Source of the DNA: Octopus sinensis
Taxonomy: Eukaryota
Reading direction: 5' to 3'
NCBI RefSeq assembly: GCF_006345805.1
Contig: NC_043009.1
Span: forward strand, 55,366,001-55,430,000
Length of the DNA stretch: 64,000 nucleotides
The notes below the pieces were generated by a model, which worked only from the letters and a program-made list of their open reading frames with translations, ran no database searches and was not told where the DNA came from. Within the stretch, counting starts at the first letter, position 1. The number at the start of each line of letters is the position of its first letter. Made by a program: the position numbers and the translations under genes. Shown here one piece after another: positions 1 to 13,301 of this stretch.

Positions 1-1336
1 ATATATATATGTTACATTTAATAGAAGTAGTATTGAATTAAAATAGCCATCTATGTTGTATGATAATTAATGTAATACATCACTGAATGGTAATTCATTG
101 CAGTTTTCATTGAGAGAAACAGCTCCTATGAAGAAATTCATTAAAAAAAATGGTTAAGTTGACAGAGAAATAATCAGACAACTAGCCAAAAGGCTGGTGT
201 TTCACAACCCATCATTGGCACTTATGTATTCATAACTAATACCTTTAACTTTAACTGGCTTAATTGACCAAAATATAAATAGATATCATGAGGAAGAAAA
301 GGTGGCTGACAAGCATTTCCTAGATCTTTAAAACCAAGCTCAGGTTCTGCAAAGAACAAAAACTCCTCTGAAGTTATAAATGAATTCCCCACCCCTACAA
401 CTGATCAAAATATTGGTTTCAAATTTTGGTACAAGGCCGGCAGTTATTTTTTGGGTGGGGATAAGTCGATTGCATCAACCCCAATGCCCAACAAATTCTG
501 TCTGACACATACAAGCATGGAAAAGTGGACATTAAACAACGATGATGTTCATGTCTAAAGACCAATATACAGTGTACAGTAAATTGTCTAGTAGCTTAAA
601 AGCTGCACTCCATGCAGATTTTTATACCTACAGTACAAAACTAAAGAGAGCAATAATAATAAAGCATTTATCGGTACCCTACCAATATGGTATTACTTTT
701 AATTCAGTTTAAATGAAAAAATTCATAAACTTTTGGAGTTCTTTTAAAATTCGAATTTCCTATTGTTAGGATGTAACAAATCCTCATCCAGGCCTAATCC
801 CAATGCTGGATGGTAAAGAACCAAATGAAGGGCAGATTTTCAATTCTGGGATCATCCTGATTCCAGAAAAAGGTATAATATATCTATGTAGAGCATATGT
901 AGACTGAAATACAAGGGTCCCAGACAGACAGAATTTCGCATATATTATTATAAATGTACAGACAGACTCAGTAGCCATGAGTACATTTGGTTAGCTTATA
1001 GAATCTATGTTTAGTGAAGAGGTAAACAGAATATATACCAGATGTTTTTCATAAAAATATTAAGTTATTTTACAATTTCTTATGTTACAAACTTCTGTCT
1101 ATTGATCCTTCAACCAAAAGCCACAAGGTTAGGAGATGTTTTGGCACAGCTGTTTTAGCATTGCTGATTTAGCATCAAATGATTCTCTCCCTCCCCCCCT
1201 TTCTCTGCTTATGCATGTGAGCATATTTCTCTGTGTCTCTGAGGAGAGGAAAAGTGTTTATGTTGATTGTATTCAATTAATAAACTGTAACATCTCTCTC
1301 TCTCTTTTTATTAGTGTTTCTAGTAATGAGTATTAT

Positions 1337-1755
1337 ATCATCATCATCATCGTTTAACGTCCGCTTTCCATGCTAGCATGGGTTGGACGATTTGACTGAG
1401 GTCTGGCAAACCAGATGGCTGCACCAGACTCCAATCTGATCTGGCAGAGTTTCTACAGCTGGATGCCCTTCCTAACGCCAACCACTCCGTGAGTGTAGTG
1501 GGTGCTTTTTATGTGCCACCAACACAGGTGCCAGACGAGGCTGGCAAACGGCCACGCTCGGATGGTGCCTTTTACGTGCCACCGGCACGGAGGCCAGGCG
1601 AGGCTAGCAACAGCCACTATCGGATGGTGTTTGTTACGTGCCACCAGCACGGAGGCCAGTCGATGCGGTGCTGGCTACAGCCCTGTTCAGATGGTTCTCT
1701 TATGTGCCACCGGCACTGGTACCAAAACTACAAATTCCATTGATGTTGATCAGAG
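1337..1755 (-). mobile_element. SINE-like family C, (ATG)n-tailed with a GGATGCCCTTCCTAACGCCAAC core
   Basis: High identity to the copies at about 2.3, 40.3, 41.2, 42.0, 44.4, 50.2 and 57.8 kb. Orientation is inferred from the microsatellite tail. Confidence 0.85.
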
Positions 1756-2300
1756 CTAAAACAAGTTGAATGTCCATTCAACTATCTTATGAAGAAAAAG
1801 TGATCATTAAGATTATTTGTTTGTATCAGAACTGAAGTAAGCCATAGTAAGCTAAATCTAATCTTGTTTTCAGTTTACTACTTACATAGTAGCAGCTTTG
1901 AGAGAGGTGCGAACATTACAATATCCCTTTTCTTAAAAAACCTTGTACTTTATGCAATGTGAGAAACAATATCAGAGATAAAAAAAAACATGCAGGTTTC
2001 TACACCCTCATTTGATCAGTTAGAAATAACTAAATTTCCCTTAAATCACAACCTGCCACTTTAGAAAGGAAAGGAAGCCTGAGTAATCTGGCTAATTTAG
2101 TTATGGATACTTGATACATCTATCTTCATTTATCACAGGGGTTTGGTTAAAAAATAAACATGCTGATATATGAATCATTTCCATGCGCTTTGTAAATGTA
2201 ATGAATGATAGATTCATTGACATTAGACTTGTGACCCATAGCAGTGAGGTTTCTACAGTAAAGTATTTTCTTGATCTAAGAGTACCATATGAGTGAGATC

Positions 2301-2713
2301 GTAGCCAGAGCAACAAGCTGGCCTCTGTGCCGATGGCATGTTAAAAACACCATTCGAGCATGATCATTACCTGTGTCGCCTTACTAGCACTTGTGCTGGT
2401 GGCAAGTGAAAAGACATTTGAGTGAGGTTGTTGCCAGTGCCACTGGACTAGCCCCTGTGCAAGTGGCACATAAAAAGTGCCATTTGAGCATGGCCATTGC
2501 CAGTACTGCCTGACAGGCCCTCATGCCGGTGGCACATAAAAGCACCCACTGCACTCTCGGAGTGGTTGGCGTTAGGAAGGGCATCCAGCTGTAGAAACTC
2601 TGCCAGATCAGATTGGAGTCTGGTGCAGCCATCTGGTTTGCCAGACCTCAGTCAAATCGTCCAACCCATGCTAGCATGGAAAGCGGATGTTAAACGATGA
2701 TGATGATGATGAT
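2301..2713 (+). mobile_element. SINE-like family C copy, inverted relative to 1337-1755
   Basis: Ends ...catgctagcatggaaagcggatgttaaacgatgatgatg. Confidence 0.85.
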
Positions 2714-3246
2714 TTCTACCTTTTCCTGCAGAGAATAAACTTGTCTGCACTATTTGTTAGGATCAAATACCTTTGTATTTTTTTCTGCTTGCTGGTCCCA
2801 TGTTGATGGATACAAGTAAGTAAATCTGTATAAAAAATATACAGCTTTGTAGTATGGTCAAGTAAACCCAAGCTATAGTCAGAGCATTCTTGGTAGCTGA
2901 ACATTATGGGTGGTTGCCAAGGCATATTTCTGTGGTACAAGCAAAATCTTTAATTGATTGCCAACCCATGTTATCACAGATCAATCTGTGATAAGCGTAA
3001 TATGGTTCACAATGGAACATACTATGGATCAGTGATGAATGAATCAAAGAAAAACAAGGCTACATGTACCATAAAGAAAATAATGATCATGCCTTGAATG
3101 CTTTTGTCCATAGGTCCACCTAAGCACAGCTGACCTAGGGTTAAATGACAAACAATTACTCACAAAAACTCGTAATTTTTTTTCTCAAACAATACAGACA
3201 AATATTCAGTTTGATTTAACAAATTAACTTCATGAAAGTACTTTAC

Positions 3247-3424
3247 CATCAGGAGTCTTGTAAGCAAAACCTTTCTGTAGGATAGTTTGAATGTAGTTTA
3301 TAATGCTGTCCATGTGGTCGGTGACTCGTGCAGGATACGTTGGTGGCAAGACATTCAGCAAGGCCATATCGTGGAAAAATTCATACTCAAACTTCTTAGA
3401 TACTTCACTGATCTCAGTTCCCAG
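3247..3424 (-). CDS. CARS2: CARS2 coding exon 3
   Basis: Boundaries are ttatttag|CTG ... GAT G|gtaaag, 178 bp. It encodes LGTEISEVSKKFEYEFFHDMALLNVLPPTYPARVTDHMDSIINYIQTILQKGFAYKTPDG. I found no further exon in 1-3246. Confidence 0.93.
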
Positions 3425-3589
3425 CTAAATAAGTACAACAGAAAAGTGAATTTCAATTAGTTTGACAATGCTAACAATCTTTTTGATGCTACTTTAGCAT
3501 GCAGTCCACTGAAGTATCTACGTAAATGCTGCAAAATGACCTGACCTTGGTTAGGGTTATTCAGCAAACTAAAGTGTAAATAGTCAAGT

Positions 3590-3920
3590 AGAGCACATGC
3601 TAGAGTGACACCATTTTTTAGCTTTTGTTTAGTTGAGAAAATTGACCCCAGGACTTATTCTTTGTAAGCCTAGTACTTATTCTATCGGTCTCTTAAGTTA
3701 TGGGGACATAAACACATCAGCATCCATTGTCAAGCAATGTTGGAGTGGGGGGGGGGCAAACACAGACACATACACACATATATATGCGATGGGTTTCTTT
3801 CAGCATCTGTCTACCAAATCCACTCACAAGGCTTTGGTTGGCTCAAAGCTATAGTAGGAGTGAACCTGGAACCATGTGGTTGGTAAGCAAGCTACTTACC
3901 ACACAGCCACTCTTGCGTCT
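3590..3920 (-). mobile_element. tRNA-derived SINE family A (CORE-like GGCACCTTGGGCAAGTG, internal microsatellite), degenerate
   Basis: Matches the 6712-7116 copy with an internal deletion. Confidence 0.75.
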
Positions 3921-4715
3921 ATATCATACACATATATTGTATATGAAATGGATGTGAGAGCGTGTGAGTGAGTAAAGGTGTGTGTTGTCATGTATGTATT
4001 TTTTTTGCATGTATGTGTAAGTGGCACTCTCTCTCACACATACACACACACACATCCATAGTACTGTGGAAGAGAAAACTAATGTTTTTTTTCTTAAACA
4101 TACAAGAAAACTTTTCTCAAACACACACACACATACACTGATAAAGAAAATGTGACATCATTGTGGTATAAAATGGCCCTCATATATACTCACATATATA
4201 TAGTAAGATAGACACACACAGACATACATTCATGCATGTCAGTTGTCATGTATATATATGTGTAGATGTGTGTGTGCGTTTATTAATAACATGCCTAATG
4301 TGGAAAGACACACAAACTCACGGATATATAGACTCTATGTCTCCCTTCTCTTTCATAGAAGGCTCTTTCTTTTTTACTTTATCCATAGTCTCTCATCACT
4401 CTCTCTTGCTCTCTTCTCACACGAAAATGAAACACATTAGTTGCCTGATTAGAGTTTAGGTGAGAAAACTTGCAAAAGGAAAGTGATATTTTTTTTTCTA
4501 TAACACTCAATACCATTTGAAATCTATTCTGCAATCTGGGATTAATATATCCAGTGATTTTAAGAGGTATGAAAAAGATATTTTGTTTTAATATTATACT
4601 TGTTTCATACACACACAAACACTAATGCCTTTTTAGAAGAATTTTGTATCATTCTTTATCTTTCTTGCCCAGATATCGTTACCACTAATTTCTATAACTT
4701 TAGTATTTTCACTTA

Positions 4716-5022
4716 TCTTTATATATAAAATTGAAGTTGTGTGTGTGAGACTCTGTCTCCTCCGATTTAGATTCCTAACTACTCCCACATTTTGCGGTGC
4801 AGTTTAACCAAAAGCGAGTATCTTATAGTCGTCATTCATATCGAGCCCTTCTGGGTATTAGCGTGTGTCTACGATGAGTCTATGATTTAAAAAAAAATTT
4901 ACCATCATTTTTCCGCATTTTTAATGATTTTTGCTCGGGTTATATAAGGGAAGTAACTCTCTAAAAATGCTTATATAGTTATTTCCCTTACAAACCCGAG
5001 CAACGCTGGGCGATACTGCTAA
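4716..5022 (+). mobile_element. Non-autonomous Helitron
   Basis: Inserted between A and T. The 5' end is TC-TTTATATATAAAA. The 3' end has hairpin cccgagcaacgctggg followed by CTAA (CTRR). There is an internal inverted repeat at 4932-4960 / 4978-5003. Confidence 0.8.
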
Positions 5023-5473
5023 TTCTTTATAAATGTGTTTGAATTTTCAATCTAATGTAATCCACACTCTTGAAAAAGTATTTCTGCAAAATGTTATCTA
5101 AAATTATGGGTAAAGAAAGGGGTCTAATGCAGTTTTGCACTTCAGTTTCAAAAACGCATTTGTTTGGAAAAAATTTCATTATTGTTATTGTTGTTACATT
5201 AGCTAAACAATTGATTAAGCATTGGGAACATATCAGGCCACGGGGAAATTATTATCTTTCATGGAAACAGGTGAGGGTTGATGACAGGAAGGGCATCGAG
5301 CTGTAGAAAATCTGTCTCAACAAATTCCAACTGATGCATGCAAACATGGGAAAGTAAAGGGTAAATAACAATGAAAGCATTTTGGAAAAATAAAATGTGT
5401 TAAAAAACAAAAAAAAAATGGAAAGAAAATTGTATGATAAAAAAATTTGAAACAGTTGGTGGCTCAGACTTAC

Positions 5474-5642
5474 TTTGTTAGCTCTGTCTATGATTTTGTC
5501 ATCAACATCAGTGATACTCATAACTCGGATCACATGGATTCCAAATATCTTTGTCAAAATACGACGGATGATGTCAAACTGGATATATGTACTGGCATGT
5601 CCCAAATGTGAACTGTCATAGACTGTGGGCCCACAAATGTAC
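5474..5642 (-). CDS. CARS2: CARS2 coding exon 2 (HIGH-motif region)
   Basis: Boundaries are cccag|G TAC ... AAC AAA|gtaagt, 169 bp, phase-compatible with both neighbours. It encodes (W)[29 protein letters not shown]...[15 protein letters not shown], the CysRS signature. Confidence 0.96.
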
Positions 5643-5716
5643 CTGGGAAGAGAAAAAGGAAATATTTCAGAAATAATGATTTTAAGAGAGAAATTGTTCT
5701 ATCTTATTTTTATTTA

Positions 5717-6148
5717 GGCATGACTGTATGGTTAAGAAGTTTGCCTTGCAACCACCTGGTTTTGGGTTCAGTCCCAATGAGTGGCACCTTGGACAAGTGT
5801 CTTCTACTGTAGCCCTGGATTGACCAATGCTTTGTGAGTGAATTTGGTAGATGGAAACTCTGCGGAAGCCCTGTGTGTGTGTGTGTGTGCGTGTCTGTGT
5901 GTGTGTACATGTGCACGCACATGCATGTTTCTGTGTTCATGTCCTCACCCCCAACCACAGCTTGACAACCAGTGTTGGTTTGTTTACATCCCTGCAACTA
6001 AGCAGTTTGGCAAAAGAGCCTGACAGAATAAGTACCAGACTTAGAAAAGAATATTGGGTTCATTTTATTTGACCAAAGCCTTTCAAGATGGTGTTCCAGC
6101 ATGGCTGCAGTCCAATGACTGAGACCAGTAAAAGATAGAAGAGAAGAG
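5717..6148 (+). mobile_element. SINE family A, diverged
   Basis: Head ggcatgactgtatggttaagaag, CORE-like block, (TG)n, and tail cagcatggctgcagtcc. Confidence 0.75.
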
Positions 6149-6711
6149 ATAAAAGATAAGTTCAGAGGAGGAGGAGGGGATAGTGTCCCTGATCTTTTCA
6201 GACCTTCTGAAATCAATGAGATTAATAATGAAGCTGGTGCCCAGCTTCGCTATCTCTAGGGTAATGTTTGAAGGAAAAACATTGTGGGGTCTGAATGCTT
6301 GGAACAAAGTGAACTCTACTAAAAGCATCCAAAGACCAGGCAAAAGATATTAAACTGGGTAGCATGTTTGGTTTACTATTGAACAATGCTATCCAAGACA
6401 CATGTTTGAAAACAAACTGAGATGGTCATGGATGGAAAATCTTAGGTCTGTTTGATAAGAGTTGACCTTAGAGATAAAGCACAACACCTTAATGCACCTT
6501 CATCTCTTACACTCTACAGATACTGTATTAAATATCTTAACTAATCTTCCCCAGACTCACGTTCTTCAGAAACTTCTCCACAACCAAAATATTAAACTGA
6601 TCACCACACCTTCCAAATTTAGTCTACCAAACTGATTTCTTTTATGACTTTTCACAGACCACTACAGTCTATTGCAAAAGTATTTCTGTATCAATGTATC
6701 AAACAGATACT

Positions 6712-7116
6712 CTCTTTACTCTTTACTCTTTTACTTGTTTCAGTCATTTGACTGTGGCTATGCTGGAGCACCGCCTTTAGTCGAGCAACTCGACCCCGGG
6801 ACTTATTCTTTGTAAGCCCAGTACTTATTCTATCAGTCTCTTTTGCCAAAACGCTAAGTGACGGGGACGTAAACACACCAGCATCGGTTGTCAAGCAATG
6901 CTAGGGAGACAAACACAGACACACAAACATACACGCACACATATATATATATACGACAGGCTTCTTTCAGTTTCCGTCTACCAAATCCACTCACAAGGCT
7001 TTGGTCGGCCCGAGGCTATAGCAGAAGACACTTGCCCAAGGTGCCACGCAGTGGGACTGAACCCGGAACCATGTGGTTGGTAAGCAAGCTACTTATCACA
7101 CAGCCACTCCTGCGCC
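6712..7116 (-). mobile_element. SINE family A, full length and young
   Basis: Complete from head ggcgcaggagtggctgtg to tail gaaacaagtaaaagagtaaagag on the minus strand. Confidence 0.9.
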
Positions 7117-7623
7117 TATAAGAGACAAATATTCTCTGGGATAAAATACCAGTTATCACATCAATCTATTGCACCTAATTTTCCCTGTGATTATAATTAA
7201 ATTCAGAATATCATCATTAGCACCATTTAACATCCATTTTCCATGCTGGCAGGGATTGGACAGGAGTTGGTGAGTCAGAGAACTGTGCCAAACACCACTG
7301 TAAACTTTGACATGATTTCTACAGCTGGATGCCCTTCTTAACACTAATAGCAAACCAATATTACAATGCTATGCTGTTTCTATCCTAGGGTATCTATGTA
7401 AAGAGAATTGGACCGAGTGATTTGAAAATGGCCACAAACAGCCAAATCTCTCTTCAAATCAAACTGTATTGTCTTAAAAAAAAAAGCAAAGATACACTAG
7501 ACAATGTAATCCAAAATATACAAAATGGCCAGTTCTTTTGATAACATCCGATTAAGGCTGATAGAACAATGTAAAAACAAACAAAAAAAATTGGTGAACT
7601 AGCAACAAACATGTCCGACCTAC

Positions 7624-7946
7624 CATGTAGCAATGTTTTTGCGGAGTAAAATCAATTTTTCCTTTTGTTTTGTCAGAGTATTGTAAACTTTGATTCCTGT
7701 GTCAAATCCTTCTGGCTGAATCCATGTTGAGTGATATTTTGGAACTACTGCTAAATGTTTTCTGCTACTTGGTCCAGTGTCCTTTGAAAGAGAACTAGTT
7801 AAACTAGGCAAGTAAGTTCTAATTTGTCTCAATACAAGTTTTTCATGGTTCTTTGTTTGATAACATCGAGATAACCATCTTAATTCCAAGTGTAGGAAGT
7901 TATACATGTTCACTTTACTTCTTGGATGAATTCTGAACCAAATCAT
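7624..7946 (-). CDS. CARS2: Mitochondrial cysteinyl-tRNA synthetase, coding exon 1 (transit peptide and start of catalytic domain)
   Basis: ATG at 7946. An Arg/Ser/Leu-rich N-terminus is followed by [29 protein letters not shown]. Donor is ACA TG|gtaggt at 7623. A strong acceptor (poly-T gccacag) at 8043 implies that 8042-7947 is 5' UTR and that an unlocated upstream exon exists. Confidence 0.88.
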
Positions 7947-8328
7947 TCTAGTAACTTTATAAATATGTTTTAGAACTTGGAAAATAACAGATGGTTTCTT
8001 AAATTAGAACATCAAGGACTTAACATCTTTCATCGAGTGTACCTGTGGCAAAAAAAAAAAAATCAAAATAAAGAAATTAATTCTTGAATGAGTACCAATA
8101 AATGTTCAAAATATCCATTCATTCATCTTTTCCACCCACTATTCATGGACAAGGCATGGGGTTAAAGTCCTAAGTCTTCCATAGGGTCCTATTGAAGAGC
8201 AACCATCATTAAATTTACCTGCTGGATTCCTAAATGTGAACAACTGAGACCAAGACTGAGTATTATCCAACTATTGTGTTCTTGGTCTATTCCTAGGTCT
8301 CCTACTAATCAGCTTGGCTTGAAAAATC

Positions 8329-8458
8329 TGCTTACCAACCGCATGGTTCCGAGTTCAGTCCCACCAAGTGGCACCTTGGGCAAGTGTCTTCTACTATAGC
8401 CTTGGGCAGACTAAAGCCTTGTGAGTGGATTTGGTAGACGGAAACTGAAAGAAGCCCA

Positions 8459-8510
<52 letters not shown>

Positions 8511-8757
8511 ATGTATGTATGTATGCATGCATGTATGTATGTATGTGTGTGTGTGTCTGTATTTGTCCCCCAACATCGCTTGACAACCGATGCTGGTGTG
8601 TTTAGGTCCCCGTAACCTAGCGGTTCGGCAAACGAGACCGATAGAATAAGTACCAGGCTTACAAAGAATAAGTCCTGGAGTTGATTTGCTCGACTAAAGG
8701 CGGTGCTCCAGCATGGCCGCAGTCAAATAACTGAAACAAGTAAAAGAGTAAAAAAAA
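8329..8757 (+). mobile_element. SINE family A, 5'-truncated
   Basis: Same core and tail as 6712-7116, opposite orientation. Confidence 0.85.
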
Positions 8758-8846
8758 GCCCCCTCCTCTCTCTCACACACACAAATATTAGCAGCATCAA
8801 TAACTTTATTAGTCCCCAAAACACTGTGCTTGAATGCAGTGACTAC

Positions 8847-8985
8847 AGGGGGCGGACTGAGCCCTCGGTTAATCGGACACTGTCCAAAGGCCCGCACTCT
8901 ACATGTTCACTCTGCTGATATCAATGCTAAGGGGCCCGGTAAACAGTTATGCCCAAGGGTCCTTGCTACTCTCAGTCCGCCCCTA
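8847..8985. mobile_element. Short hAT-like MITE
   Basis: 13-bp terminal inverted repeat ggggcggactgag / ctcagtccgcccc. The TSD is not clean. Confidence 0.55.
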
Positions 8986-9957
8986 AGCTAGCAGCAACTA
9001 TTCCGTTCTAACCAAAATCTATCTTTCGTCTACGCTGTAACCACTACCAAACCTACGGACATGCAAGAACAAAATGGACATTCGGCATTAACAGAAAAGC
9101 AATCAGTCCAAACTACTACACTGCACTTTCTGCCATAAACAACCTCATGTAAAAGTGTACACGTTGGTCAACAATGTGAATGAATGAAAACTATATCCAA
9201 AGCAATGGATAGAGGACTACCTGTGCTATAAGTCTACTTGAATATTGTTGATTTAGTAACTTACTTAATGAGATTATCTAAATAGACTTGTCACTAACAC
9301 ATCCACTATAAACCTAACAACAGTGCCATAATTGGAACGAGAATGTCAAATGTTGGTAGTAAATTGTTGGTATCCTTCTGTCTCGGGAGACAATGGAGTT
9401 GCGCATAAAATAATCTAGTCCGGCTTTTAGATGTCATATCCTAATACATCTCTGGTTGTGGCTGTGTAGTAAATATAATCGTTATAATTCGAGGAGACTA
9501 ATAGTGATGTACACCGGTTAGAATTAGAAACATACAAAACAAAACGAGGTGTATGGTCGATTACTTATGACGATGAATGTTTAAAATAATCTTGTTGTAA
9601 TCATTTTAATCTTTCAGAACTTCGAAATGAACCGTCCGTCACTTACAAAAACAAAGATCGGAATTCATATACTGCCAGCAGATCCTCAATCTGTTAATAA
9701 ATAGTTAGGATCTGAGGAACGTAGTGAGGGATCCTTCATACAAAGGTCGAATACAGAGTGTAATACGGATCACGAACTACCAACTGCTATTGCTACGTTG
9801 ATAAAATTGAAGACAAATTGTGAAACTAAATACAATTTGAAATCATTCAATAAAAATAAATTGAAAATATATTGTTAGCTTTTGTACTGTTATTGCTTTC
9901 AATATATTTTTAGTTCCAAAAGTTATATCTAATTTCATTTACATGGCAGCTGGTAGT

Positions 9958-10175
9958 AGTGCCGTCTTATAGCATGGGTACACGGGACAGTTGCCCGGCA
10001 GCTTTACGGATCTAGGGCCCAAATTTACCCTATGTATACTGTGGCTTGCTGTAAAAAAATGCTATAGGGCCCAGTGCAGTGACTTGCTCGAGGGCTTTAG
10101 GGGTTTTATGTATACTGTGGCTTGTTAAAGTGCACAGATTTGCCCGGGGGCCTATAATGCTGCTAATACGGTCAT
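9958..10175. mobile_element. hAT-like MITE, degenerate
   Basis: Imperfect TIRs gtgccgtcttatagcat / atgctgctaatacggtcat, with internal gggccc subrepeats. Confidence 0.5.
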
Positions 10176-11599
10176 GAGCAGTAGAACGTGTGATTAATGA
10201 GTCGAAATTTGTAAAAAGGTAATACAGTTATGGATACCTGGGTTCGGACACTGGAAGACAAGATCCAACATAGAAGTAATCATCACAGAAGTTGCTCATC
10301 ACAGCATAGTTACGTTAATGGTCATTATTACAGAAAGACATGTATCCCAAAGATTGCATAAAACGACTGATGTGAGGCTGTCCATTTATCAGCTGCCATA
10401 ACACCAGCGTGTATGTAAATCGTAGTTTCTACTTCTTCGATCCAAATGAGTTCATTCTACATACAAATATTAGAAGAATCTTAGGGGAGCAGTAAGATGT
10501 TTCACATCTTTTGAAAGTTACATGCAAGTTTTCTTTCGTCATTTGGTCCCAAACAATCTATGAAGTCACTATTTTACTGGGTCAAACAATGTTATCTTTT
10601 CAAATAAATATCCTACTCAATTTCATTTTTTTTTTTTACTTATACGTTTGAACATTATTTCTTTAGGAAATTTAATGATGCTAGTGTTTGTTATTCTGTC
10701 TCTTTTTTTCGTTAAATACCCTCCGTCGGAGAGTGATATTTTACATAAAAATAACAGCCAAATATCCCTTAAATTACAACTTACCGTGTTAAGGAAAAAC
10801 AACTAAGGTGGAATGCAGTTAATTGTAGGTTTGTTCGATAAGGATTAAATATTCCTTGGCTGTGCCAAATACATAATTGTAACAACGAAAGTAATAATGG
10901 TGAGGACCATAGTAAAGGAAACAATGTTTTAGATACATAACATCATTGATATATGTTTAAAATTAAATATTTTAACCGCTTTAAGAGGACTTTAAAAAAA
11001 AATAATGTAAATAATGTCAAGAGATGTAGTAAAGAAAATTTCAAGTACGTCTGCCACAACGAAGAGCGCCAAATATAATTTCAAAGAGAAACAAAGGAAT
11101 ATAAAAATCAGACCCACCGGACCATTAAGGTCAAATTGTTGTAAACAGCTGTACAAGTTGACGAGAGATAGAAAGAGAGAAAAAAAAACTCTTATCACAA
11201 ATTTCAGGGTTGTAAATCCTTGGCGTGTGACTTTGATAAAAAACCAGGTTTTGAGGTTAATATAGTATTTGTTGTTTCATTCAATTGAACGAAACGACAT
11301 TCAACCCAGGTCGTTAGCATACTTTTGATAATACACTAATATTTCTTCCTCTTAATACATCATACATGCCAGGCATATATGTACAAGCTCAACATGAACA
11401 GCTACCAAATATTGCTGGAATAACACTTCAAAAGAAAAGAAAGTAGCACTGCAACCAAATCTCCTTGAATCGCATCTTAACATTGCCATGCTAGGCAATT
11501 TTGGGATATAACGTACAGTTTTCAAATCGGAAATATTTCGATTTAGTTTTGCAAACAAGTAAATAATAATAAGAGGCAAAGATTCGGAATAAGCATCCA

Positions 11600-11850
11600 C
11601 CGAAAATTGGGGAGGGGAATCTGAGAAAAGTTTCGAATTTTATAGGCGAACACGAGAAATAAGACAAAACAACCGTTTATTTTCCCGAAAGTTATGACGG
11701 AAAACTCGGATCTTATGAATTTTCCGAAAGTCCTCTCCTCACCCCCAGGTTCGTTTGCGCAATTTTTTTTGTCATATTCGCTTTCTACAGTTGTTAACCC
11801 TCAGCAGTCTTTTTTGTTTTCGTTAACGGGTGAAAATCTTTATATAAACC
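11600..11850 (+). repeat. Solo copy of the gaaagttatgacggaaaa subrepeat family
   Basis: About 100 bp (11687-11788) aligns with 18388-18488. Confidence 0.65.
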
Positions 11851-13263
11851 CCGCGGGTTGCGCCTCCACTGGCTATCGTCGCATTCGTACAGTATAGGTC
11901 CCTCCAGCGGCGCTAAGCATTAGAAATGCTACAAGGGAATGTCCCTGTTCTTTTGGCCCACACATTATTTTCTACGTTACCTTTACAGCCCCCATATGAA
12001 ACCAGGCCCAAGCAGTAGCCCAGTCCAACAACAATTTCGTCTTACTACTCACAGCTTCTTTCTGTATATGATTGCGCTTTATTCCTGAAGAATCATTTTC
12101 TGCTTCCTTCTCCACTTCGTGAATCCACCGCCTTGCTGTCTTTCCAAAATCCAATACCCGTTAAGTAGGACGTTGTAAATCTAGTTACAAGCCCCCTCGA
12201 CATACAACTTGTACTGGAAGCAATGTATACAATTGCCATTCTTGTGCAGCACCCAGTTCCCTAGGTCTCATATTTTAGGCTTTCATGTGCTTGCTGTTAC
12301 AAGCTATAATAAGTTACATTGCTGCACTAAAAATGCATGACCTACTATATTATGTAAGACCACTTTATGCAGTATATAAAGGAACAGCGACCACGAACCT
12401 TGAGTTTAATACTGAAGTTCTTTTATTTTTACAGATTATACATCTCTTGTTTGAAGCAGTCAACGAAGTATTTAATGGGGGTGTGTTGAGGAGATTTTAA
12501 GTGAGCGACCTACTGGTTAAACACCGCTTTTTCATATGTTGCAAATGAAAATCTTGTTCTGTATTGTGGGTATAAAAGTAGAGGTTCAGTAAATTACTAA
12601 TGTCCTCGTAAGTAACACAAGCTAAAATCAGATGTGTAAAATGAAATATTCAAATAAAAATGAGGTTGGAAATACAGATAGTAAGAAAGCAAATACAAAA
12701 CGACGAAGTGAAAGTGGTAATTTTTCATTACCGAGAAAATAGAGCATGGAACATACCTAAACACAAAATATAGATACAACTAATTTAATACCAGTGGGGT
12801 CTCTCTCGTGTGTGGAGATATAAAGCAAACCAGGAGCTTCTATATGGTTGTCCACTCGGCGAGAAATAATAGCTAAATACTGCCCAACTGACGTCATAAC
12901 GCTTTCAAGAGGGAAGAGTACGAAGGATAATATTCAATATATATTTGAGCTGAGTAAATAATTGAAAGAAAATTATAGTTGCAACATTTTTATTAGAGTT
13001 CGTCTTAGTCTTAATTTTTGAGAGAGAGATGCTTCGTATTTCGACCTCATTCTTATTTGAATATTTAATTCTCACACATCTGGTTTTAGCTTGTTATTTA
13101 TTTTATTGCGCTCATTTAGAGAACATTCAAATAGAAATATCCCTTTCAAATGGAAGAAGCCTTTTTAGCTACAAATTAAAAATGACGCATTGTTTTCTTT
13201 CACACATGTTAAACAGATTAAATTGTACTTCTCTTTACGTTCACCGTGTACATTGTTTGCATG

Positions 13264-13301
<38 letters not shown>

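Noticed and set aside
784-978. Minus-strand ORF ending GIRPG*, reminiscent of the CysRS GRPGWHIEC motif
   Set aside because: There is a stop where W is required, no HIECS follows, the upstream residues do not match, and there is no splice support.
2720-2725. Possible 6-nt CARS2 micro-exon (tgcag|GAAAAG|gtagaa)
   Set aside because: CysRS should continue with an SVYFD-like sequence after TPDG. This would insert unrelated residues, and it abuts a SINE tail.
2971-2994. 10-bp perfect hairpin TTATCACAGA-tcaa-TCTGTGATAA
   Set aside because: A stem this short is plausible by chance in 64 kb of AT-rich DNA, and there is no supporting context.
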